Positions 14,146-25,178 of a DNA stretch of 64,000 nt are shown piece after piece. The DNA comes from Pirellulales bacterium (GTDB taxonomy: Bacteria; Planctomycetota; Planctomycetia; Pirellulales; PNKZ01): contig JASGKB010000001.1 in NCBI GenBank assembly GCA_049840675.1, positions 40,151 to 104,150 of the forward strand, in the 5' to 3' direction. A program made the position numbers and the translations under genes. The notes under the pieces are model-generated. The model was not told the DNA's origin. It saw only the letters and a list, made by a program, of their open reading frames with translations, and did no database searches. Each line of letters starts with the position of its first letter. Position 1 is the stretch's first letter.

Positions 14146-16495
14146 TCATTCCGCCTTTCCCTCGTCCTTCATCTCCGCGATCCACTTCCGCAGCACGCTC
14201 GTGCCGGTCGGGTCGATGGCGTTGGTCGCCAGCGGCGGCATTTGACGCACACCGCGTAGTTCCACACGTTGCATGATCTCCGAGCGGTCCGGCTCGCCCG
14301 GTTTCACAAGCGCCGTTCCTTTCAAACGCCGGCGCGGTTCGGCTTGGGGCTTGTTCACGAAGTTGGTCTTCGCCGTCGGGGTGTGGTAACGCAAATCGCC
14401 GCTTCCCGGAGCAATCCCTTGCGGACGATGGCACATCGCGCAATTGACGTCGAGCCAAGCCCGAGCCAGCGTCGAAGTGTCTCCCTCGGGTACGCGCGGC
14501 CCGTGTGAACCCAGCGAACCGGGCGTCGGATCGTCGCCGCTACGATCCCAATTGCCGAAGGTCCACGTCGGGTAGCGATCGAGTTTGTCGAGGTCGAGCA
14601 CCTTGGCGTCCTGTCCCCTCGCTTGCGCGTCGGGGCTAGTATTCGGATCAAAGAGCCCGAGACGATTCCAGAGCGCAAGCTGCTGTTCTACCGCGCCGTG
14701 GTATGCAGTTCCCTATTCATCTGCCGCGTGTTGAGCCCGAGCACGAAGCCTTCCTGTTTGGTGTGACAGCTCAAGCAATCGGCCCGCGAAGGAAAGTAGT
14801 ACGCCTGCTGCACGTCGCCGGCGTCCGTGCGGATCGTGAGGTTCGCGCGATCGCCGTCCGCGGCCACCAGATGGGCCTCCTGTTGGTCGTCGTCGTAGCG
14901 ATACGTGTAGCCGTTCCAGCCTTCGGCCGTGCTGACGAGTAGTCGGGTTTCGAGCCGCTTCGCGTCGCTCCAATCGGTCCGGTCGTGATGCATCCAAAAC
15001 GTCTTGATGAACACCGTGCCGACGGGGAACTCCCATTTCTCCTTCGCATCGAACTTCACCTGCGCCCCCTTGGGCAGCGCAACGTAGCGATCTTTCACCG
15101 CGTAGTCCGACCAGAACGGCACGTTGATCTCGTACGGCAGCACGCCGGGGGCGACTTCATTCCGCGACCGACTTAAAGAACCCGGTCTCCGAGAGCTTCT
15201 TGGGAAACGCCGCGGCCACGGCTTTGCGATCGCCGGCCGTCGGTCGCAAGCGATAAATGCCGCCGTCGAACGCGCAGACGTACATCTCGCCGGCCTGATC
15301 GAGGCCGAACGCCGCAATGCTCAGATCGGTCCGCGCCGCTTGGCGCTTATCGGCGGTGCGACCTTTGTCGTCGAGTCGCACCGTCCAAACGTTGCCGGTC
15401 GCCCAATCGCCGTAGAAATACGCGCCGTCGAAGTCCGGCAACTCGGCCCCGCGGTAAACGAATCCGCCGGTCACTGAGATTCCCTCGCCGTGAAAGTACT
15501 CGGCGACCGGCTCAATCAGCTTCGGTTCATAGCCCGGCGTTTCCGGGTAGAAATCATGCGCCCCTTCGCGGATGTTCCAACCGTAGTTGCCGCCGCGCTC
15601 AATACGGTTGACCTCTTCAAACCGGTCTTGGCCGACATCCCCCGTCCAAAGGTCGCCCGTTTTGGAGTCGAAGCCGATCCGCCACGGATTCCGCAGCCCG
15701 TACGCCCAAATCTCGCCGCGCGCTCCTTCGCGGCCGACCAGCGGATTGTCTTTCGGCACGGCGTATTGCAATTCGCCGTCGCGGTTATCGACGTCGATCC
15801 GCAGAATCTTGCCCAAGAGCGAACCCAGGTTTTGCGCGTTGCCGTACGGGTCGTCGCGCAGAGCCGCCGTCTCCCATGCCGACGTACAAGTAACCGTCGG
15901 GCCCAAACTGAATGCTGCCGCCGTTGTGATTGGCAAACGGTTGCGGAATCTGCAGGATGCGTTTCTCGCTATCGCGATCGGCTTTGTTCGGATCGTCGGC
16001 CGACACGCGGTAACAGGCGATCACCGACGAGCGCGGCTGCGTCGAATAGTAAACGTAGAACTTGCCGTTCTCGGCATACTTGGGATGAAACGCCAGCCCG
16101 AGCAACCCTTCTTCGTTTCCTTCGCTCAAGACGATCTCGCGCAGGTCCAGAAACACGCCGGCCTCGGCGGCGCCGTTGTCGTTGGGAAACACCCGGATCA
16201 CGCCCTTCTGTTCCAAGACGAAGAGTCGGCCGGAGCCGTCGCGGGCATGCGTCAATTCGACGGGGCGCTCAAACGTGAGCTTCGGAAAGACCCGCACCTT
16301 TTCCAGCGGCAGCGGATCGGGAGAGCCGAGCACCCGCGACGTATCGACCGGGGTAAACTCGTTCGGCAGCGCGAACGCCGAAACACCTGACGGCTTTTCG
16401 GCCTCGGTTGGTCGAGAAGCGAACAGCCCCCAACCCACGGCCGCCAGCGCGGCGAGGAAAACAGCGGAAAATCTCAAGCGGCACCTCAGGCACAC
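14146..16495 (-). CDS. PQQ-dependent sugar dehydrogenase (GSDH beta-propeller) fused to a c-type heme domain; about three frameshifts
   Basis: Motifs GLLGLAFHP, NHNGG..FGPDGYLY, IWAYGLRNPWR, DVGQD, GGNYGW and SVTGG, then FWSDYA.K.R, CLSCH, CAMCH and QMPP. Joins four ORF fragments. Confidence 0.85.
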
Positions 16496-16833
16496 AGCAA
16501 CGGTGATTCACGTTGGGCGTGGCCGAGGGGAGAAGCAAACGATGCGCCAGGAAACGGTGCTCAAACTTTCGATGCTCTGCTCGCGAGCCGAAGTCCGCAC
16601 GCAAAACCGCGCGAAACGACGCAAATTACGAGACAAGAACCTTCGCGCCGCACTTCGGGCAAGGTCGTAACGTTCCGACATACATCGCCGGTGAGTTGAA
16701 CAAGTTACCGCAGACGCACGTCAAAGCCATCGTCCGCGAGGCCGTGCTTCGCTTTGCAACCTTCGCAATCGAACCGGACGTCGTCGGCAAACCCGTTAAC
16801 GAGCGGCATCTCTGCGACCTCGAAGTAACGCGG

Positions 16834-17142
16834 CTATTTCTGTTGCTTCCGCGCCGCGAGAATCGCTTTCACGAGTCCTTCGGGAATCGGCGGTTGCGGA
16901 GCACTGCCGCCGCACGGATCTTGCGCGGCCTTCGCGTCGAGCGCCTGTTTGCTCAAGGCGATCGTCTTCTTGTAGCTGTCGAGATACTGCACGCACGGAG
17001 GACAAAGAGCGAGGTGCTCTTCAAACACGGCCCGTTCCCCGGCCGGCAGATCGCCGTCGAGAAACGCCATCATGAAGTCGCAAATTTCGCGACAGCTCAG
17101 GTCGTGGCGATGTTCGCCGCAAGTCAGATGTTCGTCGCTCAT
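16834..17142 (-). CDS. Zinc-finger (zf-HC2) anti-sigma factor
   Basis: CREI...FLDGDL...HLALCPPC (HxxxCxxC); overlaps the stop codon of the upstream sigma factor. Confidence 0.85.
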   Translation of the reverse strand: MSDEHLTCGEHRHDLSCREICDFMMAFLDGDLPAGERAVFEEHLALCPPCVQYLDSYKKTIALSKQALDAKAAQDPCGGSAPQPPIPEGLVKAILAARKQQK

Positions 17143-17804
17143 CGGGCCGTCTCCCCCAGCCGGCGGTCGAGCAATTCGCGCAAGGCTTGCCGTGCTCGAT
17201 GCAGCCGAGTCTTTACGTTCGCCAGCGACAGCTCCAGCAGATCGGCCACCTCCTCGGTCGATCGCTCTTCGATGTCGCGCAATAGCAGGATCGTGCGATA
17301 ACTCTCCGGCAACTCGTCGATCGCGGCCCGCACGATGCCGCGCAGTTCCATGTTTTGCGCCGCATCATCCGGACGCACGCTCCAATCAGCCCGCGGGTCC
17401 GCGCGGTGACCGTCGTCGGCAAAGTGCGGCAGCAGGTCTTCGATCGGCTTCTCCGGACGGCGGCGGCGCGTGCGGAGCTTCATCAGCGCAGCGTTCACGG
17501 CAATCCGATGCAGCCACGTGGGCAAGCTCGAATCTCCGTGAAATCGCTCGATCGCTTTGAACACGCTCAACAGAGCCTCTTGCAACGCGTCCTGCGCGTC
17601 GCTCTCTTCCGGCAAGTAACGACGAATCACGGCCAGCAGTTGCGAACCGTAGCGACGAATCAACTCTTCGAACGCCTCGTCGTCGCCGGTGCGCAGACGG
17701 GCCGTCAACTCCGCTTCGGTCAGCGTCGCGGAAGAATTGCGCTCGATGAGAGGACCGTCTTCGATCATGCCGGTCAGCATACCGACGACGGAAGCTTCAT
17801 CCAA
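17139..17804 (-). CDS. ECF RNA polymerase sigma-70 factor (start codon uncertain, possibly 17768)
   Basis: Motifs GDDEAFEEL, DAQDALQE, TWLHRIAVN, LPESYR..LLLRDIE and NVKTRLHRAR. Confidence 0.92.
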   Translation of the reverse strand: MDEASVVGMLTGMIEDGPLIERNSSATLTEAELTARLRTGDDEAFEELIRRYGSQLLAVIRRYLPEESDAQDALQEALLSVFKAIERFHGDSSLPTWLHRIAVNAALMKLRTRRRRPEKPIEDLLPHFADDGHRADPRADWSVRPDDAAQNMELRGIVRAAIDELPESYRTILLLRDIEERSTEEVADLLELSLANVKTRLHRARQALRELLDRRLGETAR

Positions 17805-17942
17805 GCGGCGGCCCCTGCGAGCCTCCTGCCGCCTGATCCGTTCGATGCCGAAATCGAAACGCCGTTACGAAATTTTTCGGATGTCGGCGTGGCCGGGGCG
17901 TCGGGTGCTACCGGCGGACGAGCCGCCCGTGGCACCCTTGCA

Positions 17943-19458
17943 CTACGGCGAGTACGTCCCGTCGGCCGGTTCAGCGGACTGTCCGTCGTGGACAAACGTG
18001 CAATCGCGGCCCGACGATTTCGCCGCGGCCAGCGCAATGCCGGCCCTCATGACCACGGACACGCTGCGGTCGCCGCTTTGCACTGCGGCCACTCCGCAAC
18101 TGAGCGTGGCTTCGCTCAAGTGTCGCCCCCCCTCACGGCCGAAATCGCGCGCGGCCAGGCGAACCTGTTCGGCCGTGTCGACCGCCTCTTCGATCGTCGC
18201 CCCGTCGAGCAGGAGCGCGAATTGCCCTTGGTGATAACGGGCCAAGAAATCTTCGCGGCGGCAATGCGAACGGAGCAAATCGGCCGTATGGCGCAGCAGC
18301 AGATCGCCGGCCGAGCGACCGCCGGCCGCGTTGATCTGCGTGAGCCCGTCCACGTCGACGAGCACCATCGCCAAGGCCGTGTTCTCGCTGCGGCAACGTT
18401 GCACGCGGCGGCGCAGCTCGTGAGCGAACGCCGCGGCCTGCGGCAGGCCGGTCATCCGATCTTCTTCTTCCGTTTCGTGCAGGCCTGCGCCCGCGGCGGC
18501 AGACACGGCCGCGGCGGCCGACGCTTCGCTGACGTGCTCCAAGAGCCGCGGCGAATCCAGCGCGAGGAAATCCGTGCCGCTGTGGAAGTGGCCGCAATTG
18601 CGCCCGGCGGCCTTCGACAGGTACAGGGCTTCGTCGGCCCGACGAATCACCATGTCGGCGTCGTCTCCCGGCACGACTTCCGCCAAGCCGAGGCTGATCG
18701 TGACGGCGACCGGTTCGTGATCGTATTCAAAGTTATGATTGGCGATCGCTTCCAAGCAGCGCCTGCGCCGCACGTCGAGCGTCGCGCAAAGTCGTCGCCG
18801 GCAGAATCACGGCGAACTCTTCGCCGCCGAAGCGAGCCAAAAAGTCCATCTCGCGCAACACGGCCTCAAGCACGCGGGCCGTATCGCGCAGCACCGCGTC
18901 GCCCACGCCGGCTCCGCGCCTCGCGTTGATCTTCTTGAAGTGGTCGAGGTCGACCATCAATACGGAGAGCGGCACCGGCCGACGACGCCATTCGGCCAAG
19001 CGGCGCGTGAGCTCTTCTTCGAACCCGCGCCGGTTGGGCAACGTCGTGAGCGTATCAAGCCGCGTTTCGGTGAGTTGTGTTTCAATTTGTTGCGACTGGA
19101 CTTCGAGCCGCGTTTCGACGTCGGCCAGTTGCGCTTGCAGCCGGCTGTTGGCCCCGGCGATTTGCGTCATGCCTTCGAGCAACACTTGGTGGAGCTGATC
19201 GACGTCTCCCTCGGCGGCCCCTTGCAGCGAAACGGCGACGGCCCGCACTTGCTCGGCATGCCCGATGGCTTCGGCGCCGACGTCGTCGGCCAAGGTTTGA
19301 ATCTGCTTCAGAGCATCGGTGAGGCGCGCCGTCAGAGCGTCGGACGTCTGCAACATGTTGCGTTTGCGCGAGTGCAGCCAGTAGCCGATCGCACAGCCGC
19401 CGGCCACTTGAAAAGCCGAGATGCCCAACAGCAATAACATCGTGGACGTGGAAAGCAT
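17943..19458 (-). CDS. Membrane-anchored diguanylate cyclase with tandem GGDEF domains, the second degenerate; frameshift near 18770
   Basis: N-terminal TM segment and coiled coil; domain 1 has DTLTTLPNRR, DLDHFK and RFGGEEF; domain 2 has RYHQGQF. Confidence 0.85.
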
Positions 19459-19632
19459 GCGTACGGCAACCCGCACCAAGAGAGACGGACTTTCGCCACG
19501 GCGTGCGAACGAGCGCAACACGCCTTAAGTGAAAGCTAGGTCGCGGACGGGTCGAATGACGCCGAAAAGCAAAGAGATGCCGAGAGAAGCGGTCGTGACG
19601 ATTGCGCAGCCGCGAGGACCGGCGCGCGGTCG

Positions 19633-21019
19633 TCAGGCCGACGTCTTGGCGCTTCGGCGGCTGCGCATCGAAAAGAAAAACGGCACGCCCGCGGCGATCA
19701 GAGCCAAGCCGGCGGCCGACTCGATCGGCGACGTGACGGCCATGCTCGCGATGAACGCGCCGAAGGCCAGCAGAAACACGGCAGGCACGACGGGATAGCC
19801 CCATGTCTTATACGGACGCGGCAGGTCGGGTCGTTTGATACGCAGCGTAAACACGGCCGAGACGGCCAGCGCGTAGAACGTGTAGCCCCCGAAGATCACG
19901 TAGTTGGTCAGGGCGTCAAACGCATCGAGCGGCTTCTTGCTCGCGTCGTAGTGAAACACGGCGACGATCAACAGGACCGTCCAAATGCATTGCACGAGCA
20001 CCGCGTTGTGCGGCGTTTCGAAGCGGTGATGAATGCGCGTGCATGAAGCGCGGCAACAAGCCGTCGCGTGCGACGGCGAAGTAAATCCGCGGCCCGGTGA
20101 GCATATTGGAATTCACGGCGCCGAACGCCGAGAGCATCACGCCGAGCGACACCCAGCGAGCCGCCTCCGGACTGAACAAGCGGGCAAAGAGCGTCGCCGT
20201 CGGCGCTTCGCTGGCGGCGATCTCGGCGTGCGGCAACACCATGTGATAAGCGAACGTCGCGGCGATATAGATCGTCATGATGAGCGTGATGCCCCAGGCC
20301 AAGGCCCGCGGCACGTTGCGCTGCGGCTCGCGGATTTCTTCGACGACCGGCCCGATGTTGATCCAACCGTCGTAAGCCCAGAGCACGGCGACCACGGCCG
20401 CGGCCAAGCCGGTCCACAGCGAAGCGTCGTACGTTTGCGGCATCACCGGCTGCAGCAGCGCCGGATCGGCCCGCCCCATCAACAGCGGCAGCACGATAAT
20501 CAGCCCGAGGAAGGCGACCTTCAGGACCGTCGTGAAGTTCTGCACGTAGGCGGTCCAGCGCGTGCTGACGTAGTTGATCGCCGACAGGCCGATGACCAGC
20601 GCAATGGCGATCGCTTCCTGATGCCCGCGCTCCATCGGCGAGAACTCGGCGAGATAGATGGCCGTCGCCACGGCCAAAGCCCCGATGGAGCCGGTGCGGA
20701 CGACCCAGAATTCCGTCCAGGCCCAAAGAAAGGCCGGCAACCGGCCGTAAGCCTCGCGCAAGTAAACGTACGGCCCGCCGGCTTGCGGCAACATGGCGGC
20801 GAGTTCGGCCAGCGCCAGGCAGCCGCAGAGCGTAATCAGCCCGACGCCGATCCAGACGCCGACGATCGGCCCGAAGTTCGGCAACGCCTCGGCCAGCGTA
20901 TGCGGTTTGAGAAAGATTCCGCTGCCGATGACGCTGCCGACGACGATCATCGCCGCGTCGAATGCGCCAAGCACGCGCGGCAGCACGCGCGGTTCATGGG
21001 TGATGTCTTCCGAATGCAT
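19633..21019 (-). CDS. APC family amino acid permease; frameshift near 20035
   Basis: Motifs VIGSGIF, AGGPYVYLREAYG, WAYDGW and RPYKTWGYP; multiple TM helices. Confidence 0.9.
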
Positions 21020-21080
21020 GGCCTAGAACATACGCGCTAGGCCGCACCGCGCACAACTTCGATACGCGCGGATACGCTCG

Positions 21081-22389
21081 TCAGGTCTGCCCGCTTTGCG
21101 GCGTCGGCTTGGGGCCGAGCTTCGGCGTCGGTTTTTCCGGCGGCGGTTCCGGAGGTTCGCCCGGCGGCTGCTTACGCGGCGGCGGAGGATTCGGCGAGCC
21201 GCGACCGTCTTCGTTCGGCGGACGCCCGAAGCCGGGGCCGCCTCCTTCGTTTTCTCCCGGTTTGCGGAAGCCTTGCCGCGGTCGGCCGTCGCCCGAGCCG
21301 AACGTCCGCGGAAACGGCCCGAACTTGCCGAGCGCCGGCTCTTTCCAAAGCCCCCGCTTGCGCAAAAATTCACGCCGCAATTGGCTTTGCATCTCCTCCG
21401 GAGGCAGGGCCAGCAGGCCTTGTCGTTCGTTTTCCGAAAGCTCGGTCTCGAAAAATTTCCGCAGCTCGTGTTCGTCGATCCGCGCCGAGGTCACCGCGCC
21501 GACGCCCCGATACCCGACCGTCCGTTCGATGGCCGTGCGAATCCAGTCGGCCAGCAACGTCTTCGGATCGTCGCCGTCGCGCTCTCGTTCGGCGGCCGCC
21601 CAGGCGCGCTTGAGCCGACGGCGACAGCTTCCCGCGAAGTTCTTCCAGCGCGGCCGGCGAGACGACGTCGAATCGCGACGGCCCCGGCCCCCGATGTTGC
21701 GACAACACGTAGTACATCAGCGCCCAAGTACGCTCCCGGGCTCCCATCAGCTCGAACCGTTCGCGCACGGTGCCGGGCAGATTCTCCAGCAGCTTTTCCT
21801 GGTGCGTCTTCACCTGCTGTTCGAGCCAGGCCATGACGACCTTGGCGTCGGCGTCGCTGAGTTCTTGCGCCGCGAAGGCCCGTTGCTCGCCGACGATCTG
21901 CTCGACCTTCTTCAAACGCTCCGGCGCTTCGAGCCCGACAAACAGTGCGCTCTGCTGCGGCACGAGCTTCGCCTTCCAATGCAAATAATCGTGCAGCGTT
22001 TGCAGCAACGCTTGCGAATCGACCGAGCCGACGACGCCCGCGGCCAGTTCGCGCAGTCGGGCTTGTTCGGCGGCGGGGAGCTTTTCGAACCGGTCGTACT
22101 TCGCGGCCAGCGCGGCTTTGGCGTCGGCCGGCATGGCGGCGACTTCGGTCCGTCGCTCCGCCAGCGGATCGTGCCGCTGCCAAGCCCAGGCGATCTCGCC
22201 GATCAGCAACAGCCCGATACCGACGGCGGCCGCCACCCTCCGTTTTAGCCCGCGCGTACGGCGCTCGGCATTTTCCGGCTCTTCGGCCGGCTTAGCTTCA
22301 CGGTCTGCAGACGCTAAAAAGCCGTCGACGACGGGATTCAACGTCGTCAAACCGAGCTTTTCGGCCGAAGTTTTGTCGGGTGTCGTCAT
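21081..22389 (-). CDS. Hypothetical membrane-anchored protein with Pro-rich tail, third gene of the ECF operon; frameshift near 21590
   Basis: One TM helix and helical repeats; ATGA overlap with the upstream anti-sigma gene. Joins ORFs 21370..22389 and 21081..21557. Confidence 0.65.
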
Positions 22390-22946
22390 GGCTGCCGTGG
22401 TTGCGGAGTGTTGCGCGGCGACTCGTTACGCGGCGTCATCTTTTCCAGCGCGGCGAACGGAATCTTCGCGGCGTTCAGCTTTTGGAAAAACTCGGCCGTC
22501 TCGCCAGATTCGGTTCGGCCCAAGTCGTCTAGCTCGCGGACCGCGGGCAGATCGCGCAGCAGCGCGTCGTCCGGTCGCGACCGGAGCGTGTCGACCAGCA
22601 GGAACCCGCCGAGCGCCGCCGCCAGCACGCCGCCGGTGAGCAGCCCCAGATCGAACCAGCGATGGTCCGGCTTGGCTTCGGCCGTGGATAGTTCGGCCGC
22701 CGCATCCAGGGCGATCATCTCGACCGTGGTCTGCGTGAACTTCGCGCTCATGTCGCTGCGCGGCAGCGCATCGAGCAAGTCCCACGCCCGTTGCTGGCGA
22801 TGCAGCTCGGCCTGCAGTTGCGAATCGGCGGCGAGCCGCTGTTCGAACCGGCTGCGCTCGTCGGCGCCGAGTTCGCCGTCGAGATACGCGTGCAGCTCGT
22901 CGTGCTGATCGGCCGCGGCGCCGGAGGTGAGACGATCGTCGTTCAT
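22386..22946 (-). CDS. Transmembrane anti-sigma factor
   Basis: LHAYLDGELGADER..FEQRL, WDLLDALP, FTQTT and one TM helix; coupled to the sigma gene. Confidence 0.8.
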   Translation of the reverse strand: MNDDRLTSGAAADQHDELHAYLDGELGADERSRFEQRLAADSQLQAELHRQQRAWDLLDALPRSDMSAKFTQTTVEMIALDAAAELSTAEAKPDHRWFDLGLLTGGVLAAALGGFLLVDTLRSRPDDALLRDLPAVRELDDLGRTESGETAEFFQKLNAAKIPFAALEKMTPRNESPRNTPQPRQP

Positions 22947-23637
22947 GCGTCGTCCTCCTCGCGGCCGTCGTCGGCGTCGTCCGCACTCGCCACGCCGGCC
23001 GGCATCACGCCGCGCTCCAAGTACGCTTCGAGCACGTCACGCAGATTGTCGCGAGCGCGCGAAAGGAGCGACTTCACGGCCTGCGGCGTCATCTCCATGG
23101 TCTCGGCGATTTCGAGGTAGCTCATCCCTTCGAACTTGCAGAGCAACACGGCCATGCGTTGCCGTTCGTTGAGCGTTTCCAAGGCCCGCTGCACGACGTC
23201 GCGCATCTCGGCCTTGTCGAGTTGCCGCGTCGGCAGAAACGCGCTCTTGGCCTGCGCCATCTGCTCCAGCGACGGCTGACTCCACGCGCCCGTGTCGTCG
23301 CCGGCCGAAGGCGTGACGTTGCGCTCTTTCGCTGCGCCCTGCTCCGCCGCGCGTTCGAGGCCACGTTGTTCGCGATGGTGAACAGCCAGGTGGAGAACTT
23401 CGAGCCGGGGACGTACCGTTTGCGGGAGCGATAGATGCGGAGGAACACTTCTTGCGCGAGGTCCTCCGCGGCGTCGCGGCGACCGGTCAGATGTTCGAGC
23501 ACCGTCACAAGCCGGCTCTGGTAGCGCAGCATGAGCTTCTCGAAGGCCGCGGCGTTGTCGTCGCGCACCTCGAGCATCAACCGCACGTCCGGGTCGCGGA
23601 GCTCGTAACTTTGGGCCGACGATTCACCGACGGTCAA
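22943..23637 (-). CDS. ECF RNA polymerase sigma-70 factor; frameshift near 23320
   Basis: Motifs DPDVRLML, AEDLAQEVF, FSTWLFTIANN, LNERQRMA...EGMSY.EIAE and AVKSLLSRAR. TTG start inferred. Confidence 0.88.
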
Positions 23638-23910
23638 ACAACTACCCGTGAGTTCGCGTAAGGGGCGTTCGTTGTGGAGGTCGTCGTCCGACCGCGGCGG
23701 CGGCAACCGAAGCCGCGGCCGAGTTCCAGACGACGTCCGTCTCAGTCTAAGTCGCCCCCCGCAAGCGAACTAGTCGGTCGCGGAGAGGCTGCGGGATATG
23801 CTACCCCGCCCCCCGACGAAGGTTTCGCACGAGCCGACAAACCGCCGCCGGCCGGTCGACACGGAGCCGCGATTTTCGCCGCGCACCCTTATATAGGGAT
23901 AGAGATATAG

Positions 23911-23991
23911 CGATACAGGGCGACGCGAAACTTTGGGAGCCGACGCAGAACGATAGCGTGCGACGCAGAACTCTAGGGAGCGATACAGAAA
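23911..23991. repeat. Iteron-like array with 20-bp period
   Basis: CGACGCGAAAC (23921), CGACGCAGAAC (23941), CGACGCAGAAC (23961) and CGATACAGAAA (23981), plus CGATACAG at 23911. Confidence 0.7.
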
Positions 23992-24004
23992 GTTCGGCCG
24001 CACG

Positions 24005-24094
24005 TCACCGCCGCCGAATCCGCCGGGCAATGAACGTCATCGCCAAGACGACGACAAGCCCGGCGAACAACAGCAAGTTCTGGTCGATGAGCAT
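24005..24094 (-). CDS. 29-aa hydrophobic micropeptide, copy 1 (MLIDQNLLLFAGLVVVLAMTFIARRIRRR)
   Basis: Translated by hand; intact from ATG to TGA; one TM helix plus an Arg-rich tail; near-identical second copy at 25179-25268. Confidence 0.55.
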   Translation of the reverse strand: MLIDQNLLLFAGLVVVLAMTFIARRIRRR

Positions 24095-24468
24095 GCGTTC
24101 GATCGTAGTTCGCCACCGGAGCGATCACAAACTAAGCCCCGAGGCATGTTCTGCGACACTGTAACGATTTGTTCGACGACAATCGCCAGGTAGGTCACGA
24201 CAAGGTTCCTGACACCTTTTCATTCCTCTTTTCATATTCCCGTTCGTGACCATTAGCATGCCGTGCGTTTCTACAGAGCATGCCAGACACCTTTTTCACT
24301 GCAACCTTGTCGCACGCTTTCCGGAAAGTTAGCTGCTGCGGCAGAGATTTCTTTGGTGCCGCCATCGTCGCAAAATCCGCTTAATTTAAGCGCACGATCC
24401 TTCGTCGTCCGGTAGACTCATCGACGTCTTCCGTACGACCACATGCGGACTCCACCGAGGATTGCATC

Positions 24469-25086
24469 ATGCGCGTCCTGCTAGTGATCCTGTTGATCGT
24501 TTCTCAATTCTCGACATTGGAAGCGGCGCTGTTTCGAAGGCGGTGCTGCAATCGGAGTTGTTTGAGGTCTGGTTGCGGCGAGCCAAACGTCGCTAAGACT
24601 TCTCCGGTAAAGGAGTCGCCGCCGCCCGATCAAACGCCGATCCGTTGGTATCGAATTCGGTTTCATACCGAAGGCGGAAACTGGGGCGGCACAGATGCCG
24701 ACGTTTTCGCCCAGATTCATGGCCCGCGCGGCTATACGCACTTCATTTATTGCGACAGCCCGGGCGGCTCTCACGAATTCGATTACAACGACACTTATCT
24801 ATTTCAAGGCGAAGATGTGGGAGCCCCGGACAACATAAATGTTCAATTGGTACGACGGTCTTCGCTCGACAATTGGACGGTGAGACCCTACGTTTCGACG
24901 TTCAACAACGGTGCTTGGTCGCCTGAAGTTGAGTTGGGCGTGCGGGACTACGTCCTGACGGGCCCCGGACGTCAGCCACGCGGATGGGAGTATCCGCAAG
25001 GTAGCTGCCGTCAAGCACCCGGCGAACCTAACGACGCCGCAGGCGCCGGACCGAACGGAACTCCCGTTTGCCCGCCGCGCAGTTAG
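24469..25086 (+). CDS. Secreted PLAT/LH2-domain protein
   Basis: GAGG RBS, signal peptide, Cys-rich segment, and YRIRFHT...GGTDADVFAQIHGPRG matching the PLAT signature (Y.v.v.T....aGTDa.V.i.l.G..G). Confidence 0.7.
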   Translation: MRVLLVILLIVSQFSTLEAALFRRRCCNRSCLRSGCGEPNVAKTSPVKESPPPDQTPIRWYRIRFHTEGGNWGGTDADVFAQIHGPRGYTHFIYCDSPGGSHEFDYNDTYLFQGEDVGAPDNINVQLVRRSSLDNWTVRPYVSTFNNGAWSPEVELGVRDYVLTGPGRQPRGWEYPQGSCRQAPGEPNDAAGAGPNGTPVCPPRS

Positions 25087-25178
25087 TCAAACTCGACCTA
25101 TCGGCCGTTGCTCTCGAATCCGTTTCGCGGACCCAAAGGCGCCTGGAACCTTTTGTTCGGTTGGAACCTATTGTTCGG

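Noticed and set aside
23911-23991. Possible mini-CRISPR array
   Set aside because: The 20-bp period with about 11-bp repeats is far too short for repeat-spacer units, and no cas genes are present.
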